From an uncultured Thermococci archaeon (GTDB lineage: Archaea > Methanobacteriota_B > Thermococci > Methanofastidiosales > B48-G16), in the NCBI GenBank assembly GCA_964595645.1, contig CAZQQT010000009.1:16950-80949 (forward strand): a DNA stretch of 64,000 bases, given 5' to 3'. Positions 39,236 through 50,414 of the stretch are shown one piece after another. Both the position numbers and the translations under genes were made by a program. Each line of letters opens with the position of its first letter. Position 1 is the stretch's first letter. The notes below the pieces were generated by a model. That model saw only the letters and a list, made by a program, of their open reading frames with translations. It was not told where the DNA came from and searched no databases.

Positions 39236-39496
39236 TTAGAACACCCCTATCTTTGTTGCAACTTCATCTGCAAGATACTCTTCCTTCAATCTCACATAGA
39301 CCTTTTTTCGTCCATCTGGAAGAATAAGAGTATTTATATCAGCTATTTCTACTTCGTACAACTCTTCTATCGCCCTTTTTATTTCCTGTTTTTCTGCTGT
39401 TCTTCTCACTATAAATGTAAGTTTGTTCTCCTCTTCCATTATTGTCACATTCTTTTCTGTGATAAGAGGATACATGATCACATCGTACGGATCCAT
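39236..39496 (-). CDS. rpl23: 50S ribosomal protein L23
   Basis: 86 aa. PLITEKNV..KLTFIV. Confidence 0.95.
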   Translation of the reverse strand: MDPYDVIMYPLITEKNVTIMEEENKLTFIVRRTAEKQEIKRAIEELYEVEIADINTLILPDGRKKVYVRLKEEYLADEVATKIGVF

Positions 39497-39498
39497 CG

Positions 39499-40272
39499 TT
39501 ATACACCTCCAAACAGAGAGTCTAATTCTTCAATGGCGGATCGTGTCCAGATCACAAGACGTCCAGGATGTGCTCCCGGCGCAAGATCTTCCGCTCCGAG
39601 ATTTTTGACTTGGACAATATCCACGCCTGGATGATTTCGTGCTCCATACACAATTCCCAAATTCTTAGATATTACAATTAAAAGGCTTTTTTTCTTTTTG
39701 TATTTCCTTCCCCTCATCGTTCCTTTGCCTGCACGGATTTTTTTCTTCTTAGCTCGTAAAATATCATCCCATACACCCAAAGATTTGAATATCTCTCTCG
39801 TTTCTGCTGTTTTCTTTATCTCTTCGAACTCATCCTCCACCACAAGTGGAAGTTCTTTTACACCATTTACCCGGTGACCTCGGGAAGTTACTGCCTCCTT
39901 ATCTGAGGTAAAGGCAATGGCAGAAGCAATAGCACGTTTTCTCTCCTTCTTGTTTATCTTCTCTTTGTAGTTTTTATCTGCCTGGGGAGGGAACGCTCTC
40001 CTTCCACCAACGACGTTTGTGGCGAAGGCTGCCCGTCGAGGGCCAGATTTCATTCGGGGTACCCGGGAGATACCTCTGTTTTTTCCAGGTGATTCGGCAG
40101 AAGTTCGTTTCCCGGCACCCACATACGTTCCATATGGCTGGACTCTATGGGTAATACTCGCTAATACAGCTCTTTTTATTAAATCTTCCCTCTTTATTGT
40201 ATTAAAAACTTTTGGAAGCTCAATATGATCGGCGATCTCGCCCTCTAATGAATACACGTTAACTTCAGACAT
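39499..40272 (-). CDS. rpl4: 50S ribosomal protein L4
   Basis: 257 aa. Position and sequence are typical of archaeal L4 (L1e). Confidence 0.95.
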   Translation of the reverse strand: MSEVNVYSLEGEIADHIELPKVFNTIKREDLIKRAVLASITHRVQPYGTYVGAGKRTSAESPGKNRGISRVPRMKSGPRRAAFATNVVGGRRAFPPQADKNYKEKINKKERKRAIASAIAFTSDKEAVTSRGHRVNGVKELPLVVEDEFEEIKKTAETREIFKSLGVWDDILRAKKKKIRAGKGTMRGRKYKKKKSLLIVISKNLGIVYGARNHPGVDIVQVKNLGAEDLAPGAHPGRLVIWTRSAIEELDSLFGGV

Positions 40273-41244
40273 TTAGACACCTTGTTGAGATTTTGTAGAA
40301 ACGTAAGTGACTTGAGGAGCGCCCTCGGGGGCATGCGTAGGTTTTCGTATGCCTTCTCTCATTCTCACCAATCGTTTTTTACTGCCCGGTACACTTCCCT
40401 TCACCATGGCATAATCATTCTTCAACACCCCATAGTTCACGAACCCCCCTTCTGGTGTAATATCCTCAGAATCGATCTTTAAAATCCGTTTATTGTACTC
40501 CGTCCGTTTCTGATAGCCCATCTGCCCAGCCATAGGCACGGTCCACATTGTTCTCCTCGGTTTCCATGGACCGATGCTTCCCACATGCCGTCGTGCATCG
40601 TTCGTTTTTCGACTCTGGATCTTGATGCCCCATCGTTTTACCTGTCCTTGGAATCCCTTTCCTTTCGTCACAGCGATCACATCGATATAATCTCCGTCCT
40701 CAAAAACGTCTCTGATCCCAATTTCTTTTCCGAAAATATCCATGCAATACTCGATTTTCTCATCCGTTGTTTTTCCACCTACACCTATTTCCAGTATCTC
40801 CGGTTTTTTCTTGATACCTGCTCTTCGCGGTATACTCACTGCAATAACTCTCACATCGTCTGGTTCCAGTGCATCGATATCAACATCTTCTTTGTTCTTT
40901 GGAATACAGAGTTTTCTTTCCATATCTTCTTTTGGTTCTGCCCATATCTCCGTCAGCGGTTGTCCGTCCTTATAAAAACGAACACCTGTGATATATACGG
41001 GAGGAGTCTCTATTATTGTCACCGGGACCTGTAGTTCCTTCCCCTTTGTGATCGCATGCGTTCTATCATCTACCTTAAACACGTGTGTCATTCCAGCTTT
41101 GTATCCTGGGAAGTCCAGGAGCTTGCACTCGTCAATCTTTGGCCAACTCCGTACACTAGGATAGATTCTCTTTGCCCTTTTTCTGGGACTGTAAGCGAGT
41201 GATCCTCTTCGAGGCCGATGGCCTTTTCCACTAGATGTACCCAT
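40273..41244 (-). CDS. rpl3: 50S ribosomal protein L3
   Basis: ATG at 41244 preceded by GGAGGT at 7 nt. HRPRRGSLAYSPRKRA N-terminus. Confidence 0.95.
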   Translation of the reverse strand: MGTSSGKGHRPRRGSLAYSPRKRAKRIYPSVRSWPKIDECKLLDFPGYKAGMTHVFKVDDRTHAITKGKELQVPVTIIETPPVYITGVRFYKDGQPLTEIWAEPKEDMERKLCIPKNKEDVDIDALEPDDVRVIAVSIPRRAGIKKKPEILEIGVGGKTTDEKIEYCMDIFGKEIGIRDVFEDGDYIDVIAVTKGKGFQGQVKRWGIKIQSRKTNDARRHVGSIGPWKPRRTMWTVPMAGQMGYQKRTEYNKRILKIDSEDITPEGGFVNYGVLKNDYAMVKGSVPGSKKRLVRMREGIRKPTHAPEGAPQVTYVSTKSQQGV

Positions 41245-41276
41245 AACGCTAACCTCCATTAAGTTGGAAAAATGGT

Positions 41277-41301
41277 GAATGATGCCTCTCTTGCATCATT
41301 C
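41277..41301 (-). promoter_or_regulatory. perfect 9-bp stem / 7-nt loop hairpin in the L3 operon leader
   Basis: gaatgatgc-ctctctt-gcatcattc, read directly. It lies about 33 nt upstream of the L3 ATG and downstream of the TATA candidates. Confidence 0.5.
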
Positions 41302-41368
41302 TTCTATAATCTTATGTATTAGCTTCATATGCTTCTTATTACTCAGCCATTTTACCCTTTCCATAGGG

Positions 41369-41404
41369 GCTTTAAATACCTTTCGTTTGCATCTCTTTAT
41401 AAAT
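41369..41404 (-). promoter_or_regulatory. candidate promoter region of the L3 ribosomal operon (two TATA-like boxes)
   Basis: Minus strand ATTTATAAAG (41395-41404) and GGTATTTAAAGC (41369-41380). Implies a leader of about 95-125 nt. Confidence 0.4.
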
Positions 41405-43120
41405 CTATTGCTCTAAGTGTTTCCTGATCTTAACGATCTTCACTGTATAAATAAGTGTCTCACCAGCCAGGGGATGGTTGGTGTCCACTACTATCTCCTC
41501 ATCAGTGATTTTGCGTATCTTTCCTTCCCCATACTCTGTCTGTATTCTGTCTCCAAGTGTGTATTCCTCTACATCCAACGTGAGGATGTATTTTCCATCG
41601 TGTTCCTTCACAGTAGCAGTACCATTTTTTGTATTCACAGATTCCTTAAATATTCGTTTAAGTGTGATAGATTCTTCAGTTTCATCAACAATCTCTGCTT
41701 CAAAGTACTCCAAAGAGATTTTTTCGTTAATTTGTCTCTTTATCCTCACATCTCCTTCCTCAGTTATCTCTACAATCTCAGCCGGGCCATACTCTGTAAT
41801 AATCGTCTTTCCTTCCAATGGCTGTCCATATTTCTCTGCATACTCTTCCAGAGGGATAATTTCTTCTTTTTTAATTGTTTCTTTTATGGGAACTTCATCT
41901 TTGATTGGTATGGATTTTATCTTTTCTTCTTTGTGCTCCCCATACGCTTCCTTTGGGCTGAGCGTGATGGTTTTTTCCTCTCCTGTTTTCATCCCTATAA
42001 GTTTTTCTTCAAAAACTTTGAAAAGCTCTATTTCTCCATGGTTAACTGATTCTATTTTAAAGGGAGCGTAATTATATTTCTTCTCGAAACTGTCTGTCTT
42101 CTCTGTAGAATTATCCTCTGCAATGTCTTTATGTGTCGTATCAAATACTTTTCCATTCTCGAGCTTACCTGTGTAGTCAATGAGAACCTGATCTCCTTTT
42201 TCAATTGCCCATTCACCTTCGAATTTTTTTGTGATATCCTCTATTTTTGCTTGCATTCGAATATATTTCAATAATTCAAACGTTATTTTTTCCTCCGTCA
42301 CATCAACAACCTTTACAGGAAGATACTGCATATTACCCTGGAATCCACTAAACTGGTTCATGATCACGGACCCCTTTTCCGGTATGTGTTTGATGTAGAT
42401 TTTGTTCTCCTTTTCGTTTATCTCTTCAACAACAGCTCTCCCATAGATTGAGCTGATTTCTTCTCCTTCCCCCGATACGAACTCAATAGTCACCATACCT
42501 TGATCGACTTTGGCTACTACCGCTTTTCCAAAGAGGGTATCTATTTGCTGGCCTTCCTCTGGTTCTCCAAACTGTTGGGTAAACTGTGTTGTAGGAAGAG
42601 TCGCATTCAACGATCTGCTCTGTACTCTCTCAACCTCTGCAGTAGGTGGGAGATAGTAGTAAAGGCTGGGATCACCCTGTATAAAAATATCTTCACTTCG
42701 TATATAAAACTCAACGGTATCCCCAATTTTTTTCCCTAAAAACTTTTCATCTACTTTTGCCAATGCTCTCCCAAGCCCCTGATTATAGATATATCCTATT
42801 CTAAACTGCTCAGAATTGTATTGATGTGAATCATCCAATTTTGTTTCCCAGGTGGCGTTTTCATCTACTATACTCGTTAAAAACGGTTGTTGTTGTTCCT
42901 GGTAGCCACCTATATAATTGATTTCTATCGTGTCTCCAATACCTACGGTATGTTTCCATTCCTTCTTTATCTGTGTGTAATTATAGAATAAAAAAACACT
43001 CAGAACAATTATTACAATAAGTAATCCTGTGTAAATGATCTTTCTATTCTGATAGAGAAAGCTCTTTCGACGCTTTTTTCTTTTCAGCTTTCTTTCCAAT
43101 TTTTTACTTTTCTTTGCCAC
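41405..43120 (-). CDS. membrane-anchored FKBP/SlyD-type peptidyl-prolyl cis-trans isomerase with duplicated domains
   Basis: 571 aa. GTG start preceded by AGGTGAT. N-terminal basic stretch plus a TM helix. GDQVLIDYTGKLENGKVFDTT, LIGMKTGEEKTITLSPKEAYGE and NHPLAGETLIYTVKIVKI are FKBP/SlyD hallmarks. A degenerate FKBP-like unit sits upstream. Confidence 0.75.
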   Translation of the reverse strand: MAKKSKKLERKLKRKKRRKSFLYQNRKIIYTGLLIVIIVLSVFLFYNYTQIKKEWKHTVGIGDTIEINYIGGYQEQQQPFLTSIVDENATWETKLDDSHQYNSEQFRIGYIYNQGLGRALAKVDEKFLGKKIGDTVEFYIRSEDIFIQGDPSLYYYLPPTAEVERVQSRSLNATLPTTQFTQQFGEPEEGQQIDTLFGKAVVAKVDQGMVTIEFVSGEGEEISSIYGRAVVEEINEKENKIYIKHIPEKGSVIMNQFSGFQGNMQYLPVKVVDVTEEKITFELLKYIRMQAKIEDITKKFEGEWAIEKGDQVLIDYTGKLENGKVFDTTHKDIAEDNSTEKTDSFEKKYNYAPFKIESVNHGEIELFKVFEEKLIGMKTGEEKTITLSPKEAYGEHKEEKIKSIPIKDEVPIKETIKKEEIIPLEEYAEKYGQPLEGKTIITEYGPAEIVEITEEGDVRIKRQINEKISLEYFEAEIVDETEESITLKRIFKESVNTKNGTATVKEHDGKYILTLDVEEYTLGDRIQTEYGEGKIRKITDEEIVVDTNHPLAGETLIYTVKIVKIRKHLEQ

Positions 43121-43225
43121 ATCATCACCTGCTTACAAAAATTTATATTCGTGCAATAAAAAGGTTGGTCCCTCACCTTAAAAATTGTTAATGGCCACTA
43201 CTCTTCTTACAAAATCCTCTTATTA

Positions 43226-44212
43226 TCACCTCTCTTTGCTTGCAACGAGAACACACCATTCTAAAACAGTCTCCTCAACAGGGAGACCATCGATACGTGC
43301 ACCTTCAATAATCTCACTCTCCGGTGTTGGCCGTGCCTCTGCTTTGCACAGATTGGCTATCTCCACCCTCCAGTCAGCATCTTTGAAGGCTTTAAGAGCT
43401 GAATCACGGAATAACAACTTATCCAATCCAGCTTCATTGATCAAAGAAGCATTTGTTTCATCTTTTTCTGAGTAAAACTGTGAAACTACCAAAAACTCCC
43501 CTGACACAATCCGTTGAAGCTCATGGAGTAGTTTCCCTGGATTTTCAGTATTGGGAAGCCCCATATTTGTCGTCATAGTTGACACGGTTCCATCTCTAAA
43601 CGGCGTACGCCTAGCATCAACGGCAAGTAAACTAACACGGTCATAAAAATCGAAGAATTCAAACCGCTGACGATCTCGTCGGAGTACCTGTGGGCTAAAA
43701 TCAGTGACAACAATAGGCCTTTCAGTGGAAGATACGAGCTTTTCCACAAGATGCCCTCGTCCAGATGCCAGATCCACAACTGGTTCTTCTGATAATGAAA
43801 GCATTCCGAGAAGGTACGCAACTTGACTCTCCCAGCAGTCCAAATACGCCTGTGTGTACAATCTTTTTGTCGCTATCTCCTCTACTTCCTTTGCTTCTGA
43901 GTACTTTCCCTCTTTTTCTAGTAACTGCGCCCGAAAAAATTGATCCGCAGGATTGAGCGCCTTCAATGGTGTTTCCATCAGCTGTTTTTTAGCTTTTGGA
44001 TAACAACGGAAGTACTGCGTGAGATGATCCTCTGTCTCCTCCCAAAGGTCATTTCTTGGTAGATCCGAAGCGAGAAATATGCCGATTCCATCACGGACTA
44101 AATAAACAACTTCACATCTACTACAATGAGCCTCAGCTGTTTCAATATGGCCTTTTTTCCTTTTGATAATATCCCAGTCCAGTGTGCCGTGACAGTCCGG
44201 ACATTCCAACAT
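43226..44212 (-). CDS. class I SAM-dependent methyltransferase with N-terminal Trm112-like zinc ribbon
   Basis: 328 aa. CPDCHG...HCSRCEVVYLVRDGIGIFL ribbon, motif I VVDLASGRGHL, acidic VTDFS motif II. Confidence 0.7.
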   Translation of the reverse strand: MLECPDCHGTLDWDIIKRKKGHIETAEAHCSRCEVVYLVRDGIGIFLASDLPRNDLWEETEDHLTQYFRCYPKAKKQLMETPLKALNPADQFFRAQLLEKEGKYSEAKEVEEIATKRLYTQAYLDCWESQVAYLLGMLSLSEEPVVDLASGRGHLVEKLVSSTERPIVVTDFSPQVLRRDRQRFEFFDFYDRVSLLAVDARRTPFRDGTVSTMTTNMGLPNTENPGKLLHELQRIVSGEFLVVSQFYSEKDETNASLINEAGLDKLLFRDSALKAFKDADWRVEIANLCKAEARPTPESEIIEGARIDGLPVEETVLEWCVLVASKER

Positions 44213-44269
44213 CTCAAGTAAATAGGTATGTATAGTACCGATAGGGGCTTCAGAGGTTTTTAAGCTATT

Positions 44270-45361
44270 TCAATGAATGGAATAGTGCTTTTCACAATGC
44301 CGTGCAACGTAAAGAGACAACAGGTCGTCCTTATTCGTGTATAATCGTTCACTGTGCGGATCACCAAATGTCTCCGCCAACTGTTTTGGAGAAACATTGA
44401 AAATCGTGTGAAATCCGAGAGGTGTATTGTGCTCAAATCGATCAAACATTGTTTTCACAGGATCCTCTTTTAAATTGCCAAGATTCCACCACGGCTCGAG
44501 TGTCCCCATGTTTGAAAAGACATTCCACGTACTTGTCACGTAGAATCCGAAAATTTCTAGATGAGAATATCCATATGGGAAGGAATCTTCTTCCTCCATG
44601 ATCTCTGCGATCAGTTCGGCCTCCGTCTGCCATACGTTCGGTGTATCGTAATGTCTCTGAGAGGCCTTAATAAGTTCTGCTGGTACAGAATCGGCGTCAT
44701 CGAGAGTGGGACGGAGGTGTTCAATATTCCTCGCCTCGCCATCAGGACCCGGTGGGTGCATGAAGAGCTCGAACTCACCATCCAGTGACCTCACTCGATT
44801 CCGTAGATCCATTCTATCAACAAGATCGAGCAGATCCTCAAGTTCGGGAAGTATTTTCTTTGTGAAGAAAAACTGCCATCGAGGCTTCATCCCTACCTTC
44901 AACAATCGTTCAGTTGCTTTCACACAGTCCCGAAATGCTCCTTCACGTCTGTAAAACCAATCAGTAGTCTCCTCCATACCAAAAAATGTGATCTGACAGG
45001 TGTCAGGACCGACTTCTTTGGCCCATTCCGCATACTCCTCATCTCTCGCAAGTCTCCACACACTCAGCAGCTCAAACCGATGAGGGTCACCATCACTGAG
45101 TTCTCTCTCCAGTGCGTAGAGTTCTTGGTAGTTATCGGGAAAGTCAGGTTCCCAGACCCACGACATGATTTTGAGAGTGTCGATGAACGGTTTTGTCTCT
45201 CCCTTCCGAGTATAGCCGCGAAACTGTGCAGCAATTCTCCGCAGATCATCTTTTGTAATTCTTCCTCCAGGAGGCGGACCGAGCCAACAGTGACGACATC
45301 TGTTTGGACAGCCGTACATGTCCACAGCAACTGTAACATTTCGTGAAGGAATCTTTGGCAT
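44270..45361 (-). CDS. radical SAM enzyme of unassigned subfamily
   Basis: CX3CX2C motif CPNRCRHCW near the N-terminus. Start taken at MPKIPSRN (ATG 45361), preceded by GAGGT at 5 nt and lying 31 nt after the upstream stop. The longest ORF extends to 45484. Confidence 0.7.
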   Translation of the reverse strand: MPKIPSRNVTVAVDMYGCPNRCRHCWLGPPPGGRITKDDLRRIAAQFRGYTRKGETKPFIDTLKIMSWVWEPDFPDNYQELYALERELSDGDPHRFELLSVWRLARDEEYAEWAKEVGPDTCQITFFGMEETTDWFYRREGAFRDCVKATERLLKVGMKPRWQFFFTKKILPELEDLLDLVDRMDLRNRVRSLDGEFELFMHPPGPDGEARNIEHLRPTLDDADSVPAELIKASQRHYDTPNVWQTEAELIAEIMEEEDSFPYGYSHLEIFGFYVTSTWNVFSNMGTLEPWWNLGNLKEDPVKTMFDRFEHNTPLGFHTIFNVSPKQLAETFGDPHSERLYTNKDDLLSLYVARHCEKHYSIH

Positions 45362-45392
45362 GCAATACCTCTCTATCCAATTGTTGCCATGA

Positions 45393-46481
45393 TTATAAAA
45401 TCTTCTGTAGACCGGTACCATCGAGCTGAAAATACTCCTCTCCCGCGCACGGAATACAGAGCATTTTTCTTTTCTTCTCCACAATTCTCAGCGCCATCAC
45501 TTTTTCACCACAATATTCACATGTTAAACTTTCATATATGGGTGCATACTTTGGGAGATCCACCGTTACCCGCTCTACAGCAAAGAGCTCGTGGACGTTC
45601 TTTTTCAGGAGTGAAAATGCCTCGTCGGTAGAGAGCTTTCTAAATCGCGCCTTTTGCTTATCGGTGCCTCCTCTCTCCTTTACCACCTTCTCAAATAAGG
45701 CAGTATACTCGCTGTTTTCATTTTCATCTGTTGATGTTACTGCCACACGTATCCCCTTTCCATCTCGTTTCGTGAGTGTAAAGGCTGTTTTTCCATAGTC
45801 TCGATAGATAAGTGCATTGTTACCAAAGGTACAGCCGGTGATATACTGAATTCCATCAGCAAAACAGTTATTTGTCTCCACAATTGCAAGAATGTCCTCC
45901 ATTCCTTCGGAGACTACGCCAAGCTCTTTCATGGCATAGGTAGCTGCTCGTACACCCAACGCGAGTCCTGGACAGTAATGGCCGTGAAGCTCCCCAACAC
46001 GTAATAACAGGGCCTCTTCATCTCCAGCTCGGAGATTTCGCCTGATCTCTATGCGAGGATGTTTTTGTACATGCCCCCTTTTTACATTTTTCTGCTCTTT
46101 CTCATCTAAAAAGACAGAATATGGCTTTATATCCAGTACTGGTGTGCCATCCACCGCATCTAATCCCTTCACTCTCAGTTTTCTCCCATCTTTTTCGAGA
46201 AGTTTCACTGTGGTCACGCCGATGGCACTTGGCCTTCTTGGACTTCGAGACGCAAACACTCCTTTAAAACTTCCACTATACGTGGTGCACTGCAATGAGT
46301 ACTCCTCAGAAAGGTGGAAATGAAACACGATCTGGAGATACTCATTCTCTTCTATCTTATAAAGACCGTCCTCATAGTTCTGATCTATATAGATAGTACT
46401 TTCATGGTTTCTCATCTCGTGTGGATCCGCAGGCTCCTTAAATTTACTCCGTACCACACCAATTCTTGTGATTCCTTGCAT
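45393..46481 (-). CDS. fusion protein: TsaA/TrmO (YaeB, UPF0066)-like domain plus FmdE-like domain with C-terminal zinc ribbon
   Basis: N-terminal half: IGVVRSKF...FASRSPRRPSAIGVTTVKLL...GLDAVDGTPVLDIKPY (TrmO family). C-terminal half: HGHYCPGLALGVRA...CFADGIQYITGCTFGNNALI...CEYCGEKV...CIPC (FmdE family). ATG at 46481 preceded by AGGTGAG. Confidence 0.7.
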   Translation of the reverse strand: MQGITRIGVVRSKFKEPADPHEMRNHESTIYIDQNYEDGLYKIEENEYLQIVFHFHLSEEYSLQCTTYSGSFKGVFASRSPRRPSAIGVTTVKLLEKDGRKLRVKGLDAVDGTPVLDIKPYSVFLDEKEQKNVKRGHVQKHPRIEIRRNLRAGDEEALLLRVGELHGHYCPGLALGVRAATYAMKELGVVSEGMEDILAIVETNNCFADGIQYITGCTFGNNALIYRDYGKTAFTLTKRDGKGIRVAVTSTDENENSEYTALFEKVVKERGGTDKQKARFRKLSTDEAFSLLKKNVHELFAVERVTVDLPKYAPIYESLTCEYCGEKVMALRIVEKKRKMLCIPCAGEEYFQLDGTGLQKIL

Positions 46482-46491
46482 TATTCTCACC

Positions 46492-48492
<2,001 letters not shown>

Positions 48493-48510
48493 TTTCCCTT
48501 TATTTTTTTT
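48493..48510 (+). terminator. oligo-T terminator candidate after purA
   Basis: tttccctttatttttttt, including a T8 run at 48503-48510. Confidence 0.4.
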
Positions 48511-48571
48511 CATTATTTTGACGATGGCTCACCATACCTATAAATTATAATACGTTAATAGAAGGATTATC

Positions 48572-49543
48572 ATGCTCCAGATCGATAAGAAAAAACTCTT
48601 GCAAAAGTTAGAACCTCTTCATCCTAAAAAAGTAGGTCTCCAGTTCCCCGAAGGACTGAAATCACGGGCTGCCGAGATAGCGGATCTCCTCGAGTATGAC
48701 GTGTATATCTATGGTGGGAATACATACGGTGCCTGTGACATCGCCGATGAGGAAATGGGATTTTGTGACTGTCTCGTTCATTTTGGTCATGCAGAGATTC
48801 CACTCGAAACGGAAATTCCAGTAATATTTATGGAAGTATTTGATGATATTGATCTTATTCCCGCTCTTAAAAAAAATATTCGATATCTGAGAGAGAAAGG
48901 CACTAATATCGGACTGGCAACAACTGTGCAGCATATTCCACAGCTGCAGGAGGCAGAAAACTTTCTAAGGGAGAAGGGATTTAATGTGTATCGAGAAAAG
49001 GGTACAAGTAGAGTAAGGTACAGGGGGCAGGTGCTGGGCTGTAATTTCTCGACATGTACCAGTGTTGAGAATAAGGTCGATTACTTCCTCTATGTTGGGA
49101 CAGGATACTTCCATCCTCTTGGTATAGGGTTGAACACGAAGAAAAGAGTTTTTCTTATAGATCCCTACACTCAAAGAATTGAGGATCTCGAGCAGAAAAA
49201 AACAAACCTTTTAAAAAAGAGATATGCAGTTATAGAAAAGGCGAAAAGTGCAGAAAAATTTGGTCTCATTGTTTCAACAAGAAAAGGACAGTTCAGGATG
49301 AAAGAAGCTCTAGAAATCAAGAAGCAACTGAAAAAAGAAAATAAAAGGGCGTACATCTTTCTTACCAGGGAAATAACTCCTGAAAGTCTGGAAGGATTTG
49401 ACATCGACGCGTATGTCATCTGTGCCTGTCCTAGAATAGCAATCGATGATCAATCGAGATACAAAAAACCTGCACTCACAGTACGTGAGGTAAGCTTAAT
49501 AAACAAATCGAACGAGTATACGTTTGATGAAATAGGAGGTTAG
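48572..49543 (+). CDS. dph2: diphthamide synthesis protein Dph2 (2-(3-amino-3-carboxypropyl)histidine synthase)
   Basis: 323 aa. VGLQFPEGLK, YGACDI and ACPRIAIDD motifs of archaeal Dph2. Confidence 0.85.
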   Translation: MLQIDKKKLLQKLEPLHPKKVGLQFPEGLKSRAAEIADLLEYDVYIYGGNTYGACDIADEEMGFCDCLVHFGHAEIPLETEIPVIFMEVFDDIDLIPALKKNIRYLREKGTNIGLATTVQHIPQLQEAENFLREKGFNVYREKGTSRVRYRGQVLGCNFSTCTSVENKVDYFLYVGTGYFHPLGIGLNTKKRVFLIDPYTQRIEDLEQKKTNLLKKRYAVIEKAKSAEKFGLIVSTRKGQFRMKEALEIKKQLKKENKRAYIFLTREITPESLEGFDIDAYVICACPRIAIDDQSRYKKPALTVREVSLINKSNEYTFDEIGG

Positions 49544-49547
49544 ATAG

Positions 49548-50123
49548 ATGGAAAATAAAGATGGAACCTTTGTACTCCCAGGTGATCTTCTGGGGGTGAG
49601 TGAAGAGTTTATTCCAGGGTATGGTGCGTTTGAAGAGGAAGGTAGTGTGTATTCATCGATAACAGGAATCGCACATCTAGATTTCAAAGGGAAAAAGGCG
49701 TATGTTGATCCTCTCACAGATGTCCCCCCCATCCCTGAAAATGGAGATCTGGTAATTTGTGAGGTTACTGGTATTAGAGATAAGATCGCAATGGTGGAGA
49801 TTATCGCATTGAAGAAGAATCCTCAGAGAGCAATGGCTGCGTCCCCGAAGGCGCGGATATACATCTCCCAGACAAGCAAACGGTATGTGAAGGATCTCTC
49901 ACGCGAATTCCAAACTGGTGATCTTATAAGAGCCAAAGTGGCAAACGCGGAGAAAAAACCGTTGGAACTCTCCACAGTTGATGAAAATCTCGGTGTGGTG
50001 AAAGCATACTGTTCCGAGTGCAACCATCCTTTGGAAAAAAAGAACAAAAAGTTGGAATGTCCACACTGTGGCAACAAAGAATACAGGAAAACTGCATCAG
50101 ATTACAGAAAAGAAGTATTCTAA
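49548..50123 (+). CDS. csl4: exosome complex RNA-binding protein Csl4
   Basis: 191 aa. VLPGDLLGV N-terminus, S1 domain, C-terminal zinc ribbon CSECNHPL...CPHCG. GGAGGT SD. Confidence 0.85.
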   Translation: MENKDGTFVLPGDLLGVSEEFIPGYGAFEEEGSVYSSITGIAHLDFKGKKAYVDPLTDVPPIPENGDLVICEVTGIRDKIAMVEIIALKKNPQRAMAASPKARIYISQTSKRYVKDLSREFQTGDLIRAKVANAEKKPLELSTVDENLGVVKAYCSECNHPLEKKNKKLECPHCGNKEYRKTASDYRKEVF

Positions 50124-50132
50124 GGTGAAATA

Positions 50133-50414
50133 ATGGAAATAGAGATAGTAAATTCCTCAGAAAATGAGTTGGAGTTCAAAATTATTGGAGAGGAAGATAC
50201 TTTTGCAAATTTACTGCGAAAAACGCTCCACGAGGACAGTCATGTGACTTTTGCAGCATATCGAGTGAACCACCCATTAACAGAAAGAAAAAAACCAATA
50301 TTCAAAGTAAGAACAAATGGAAACAAGCCACCGAAACAAGCTCTTGAAGAAGCAGTGAAAAGAGTGAAGAAGACAGTAGAAGAGTTTAAAGAGAGCACCA
50401 TAGATAAGGTATGA
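50133..50414 (+). CDS. rpoL: DNA-directed RNA polymerase subunit L (Rpo11)
   Basis: 93 aa. EDTFANLLRKTLHEDSHVTFAAYRVNHPL. Confidence 0.85.
   Translation: MEIEIVNSSENELEFKIIGEEDTFANLLRKTLHEDSHVTFAAYRVNHPLTERKKPIFKVRTNGNKPPKQALEEAVKRVKKTVEEFKESTIDKV

Noticed and set aside
41260-41404. C/D-box sRNA in the L3 leader (AATGATGC resembles a C box)
   Set aside because: The C-box match is imperfect (TGATGC rather than TGATGA), and no CTGA D box lies at an appropriate downstream distance on the same strand. The element is better explained as a simple hairpin.
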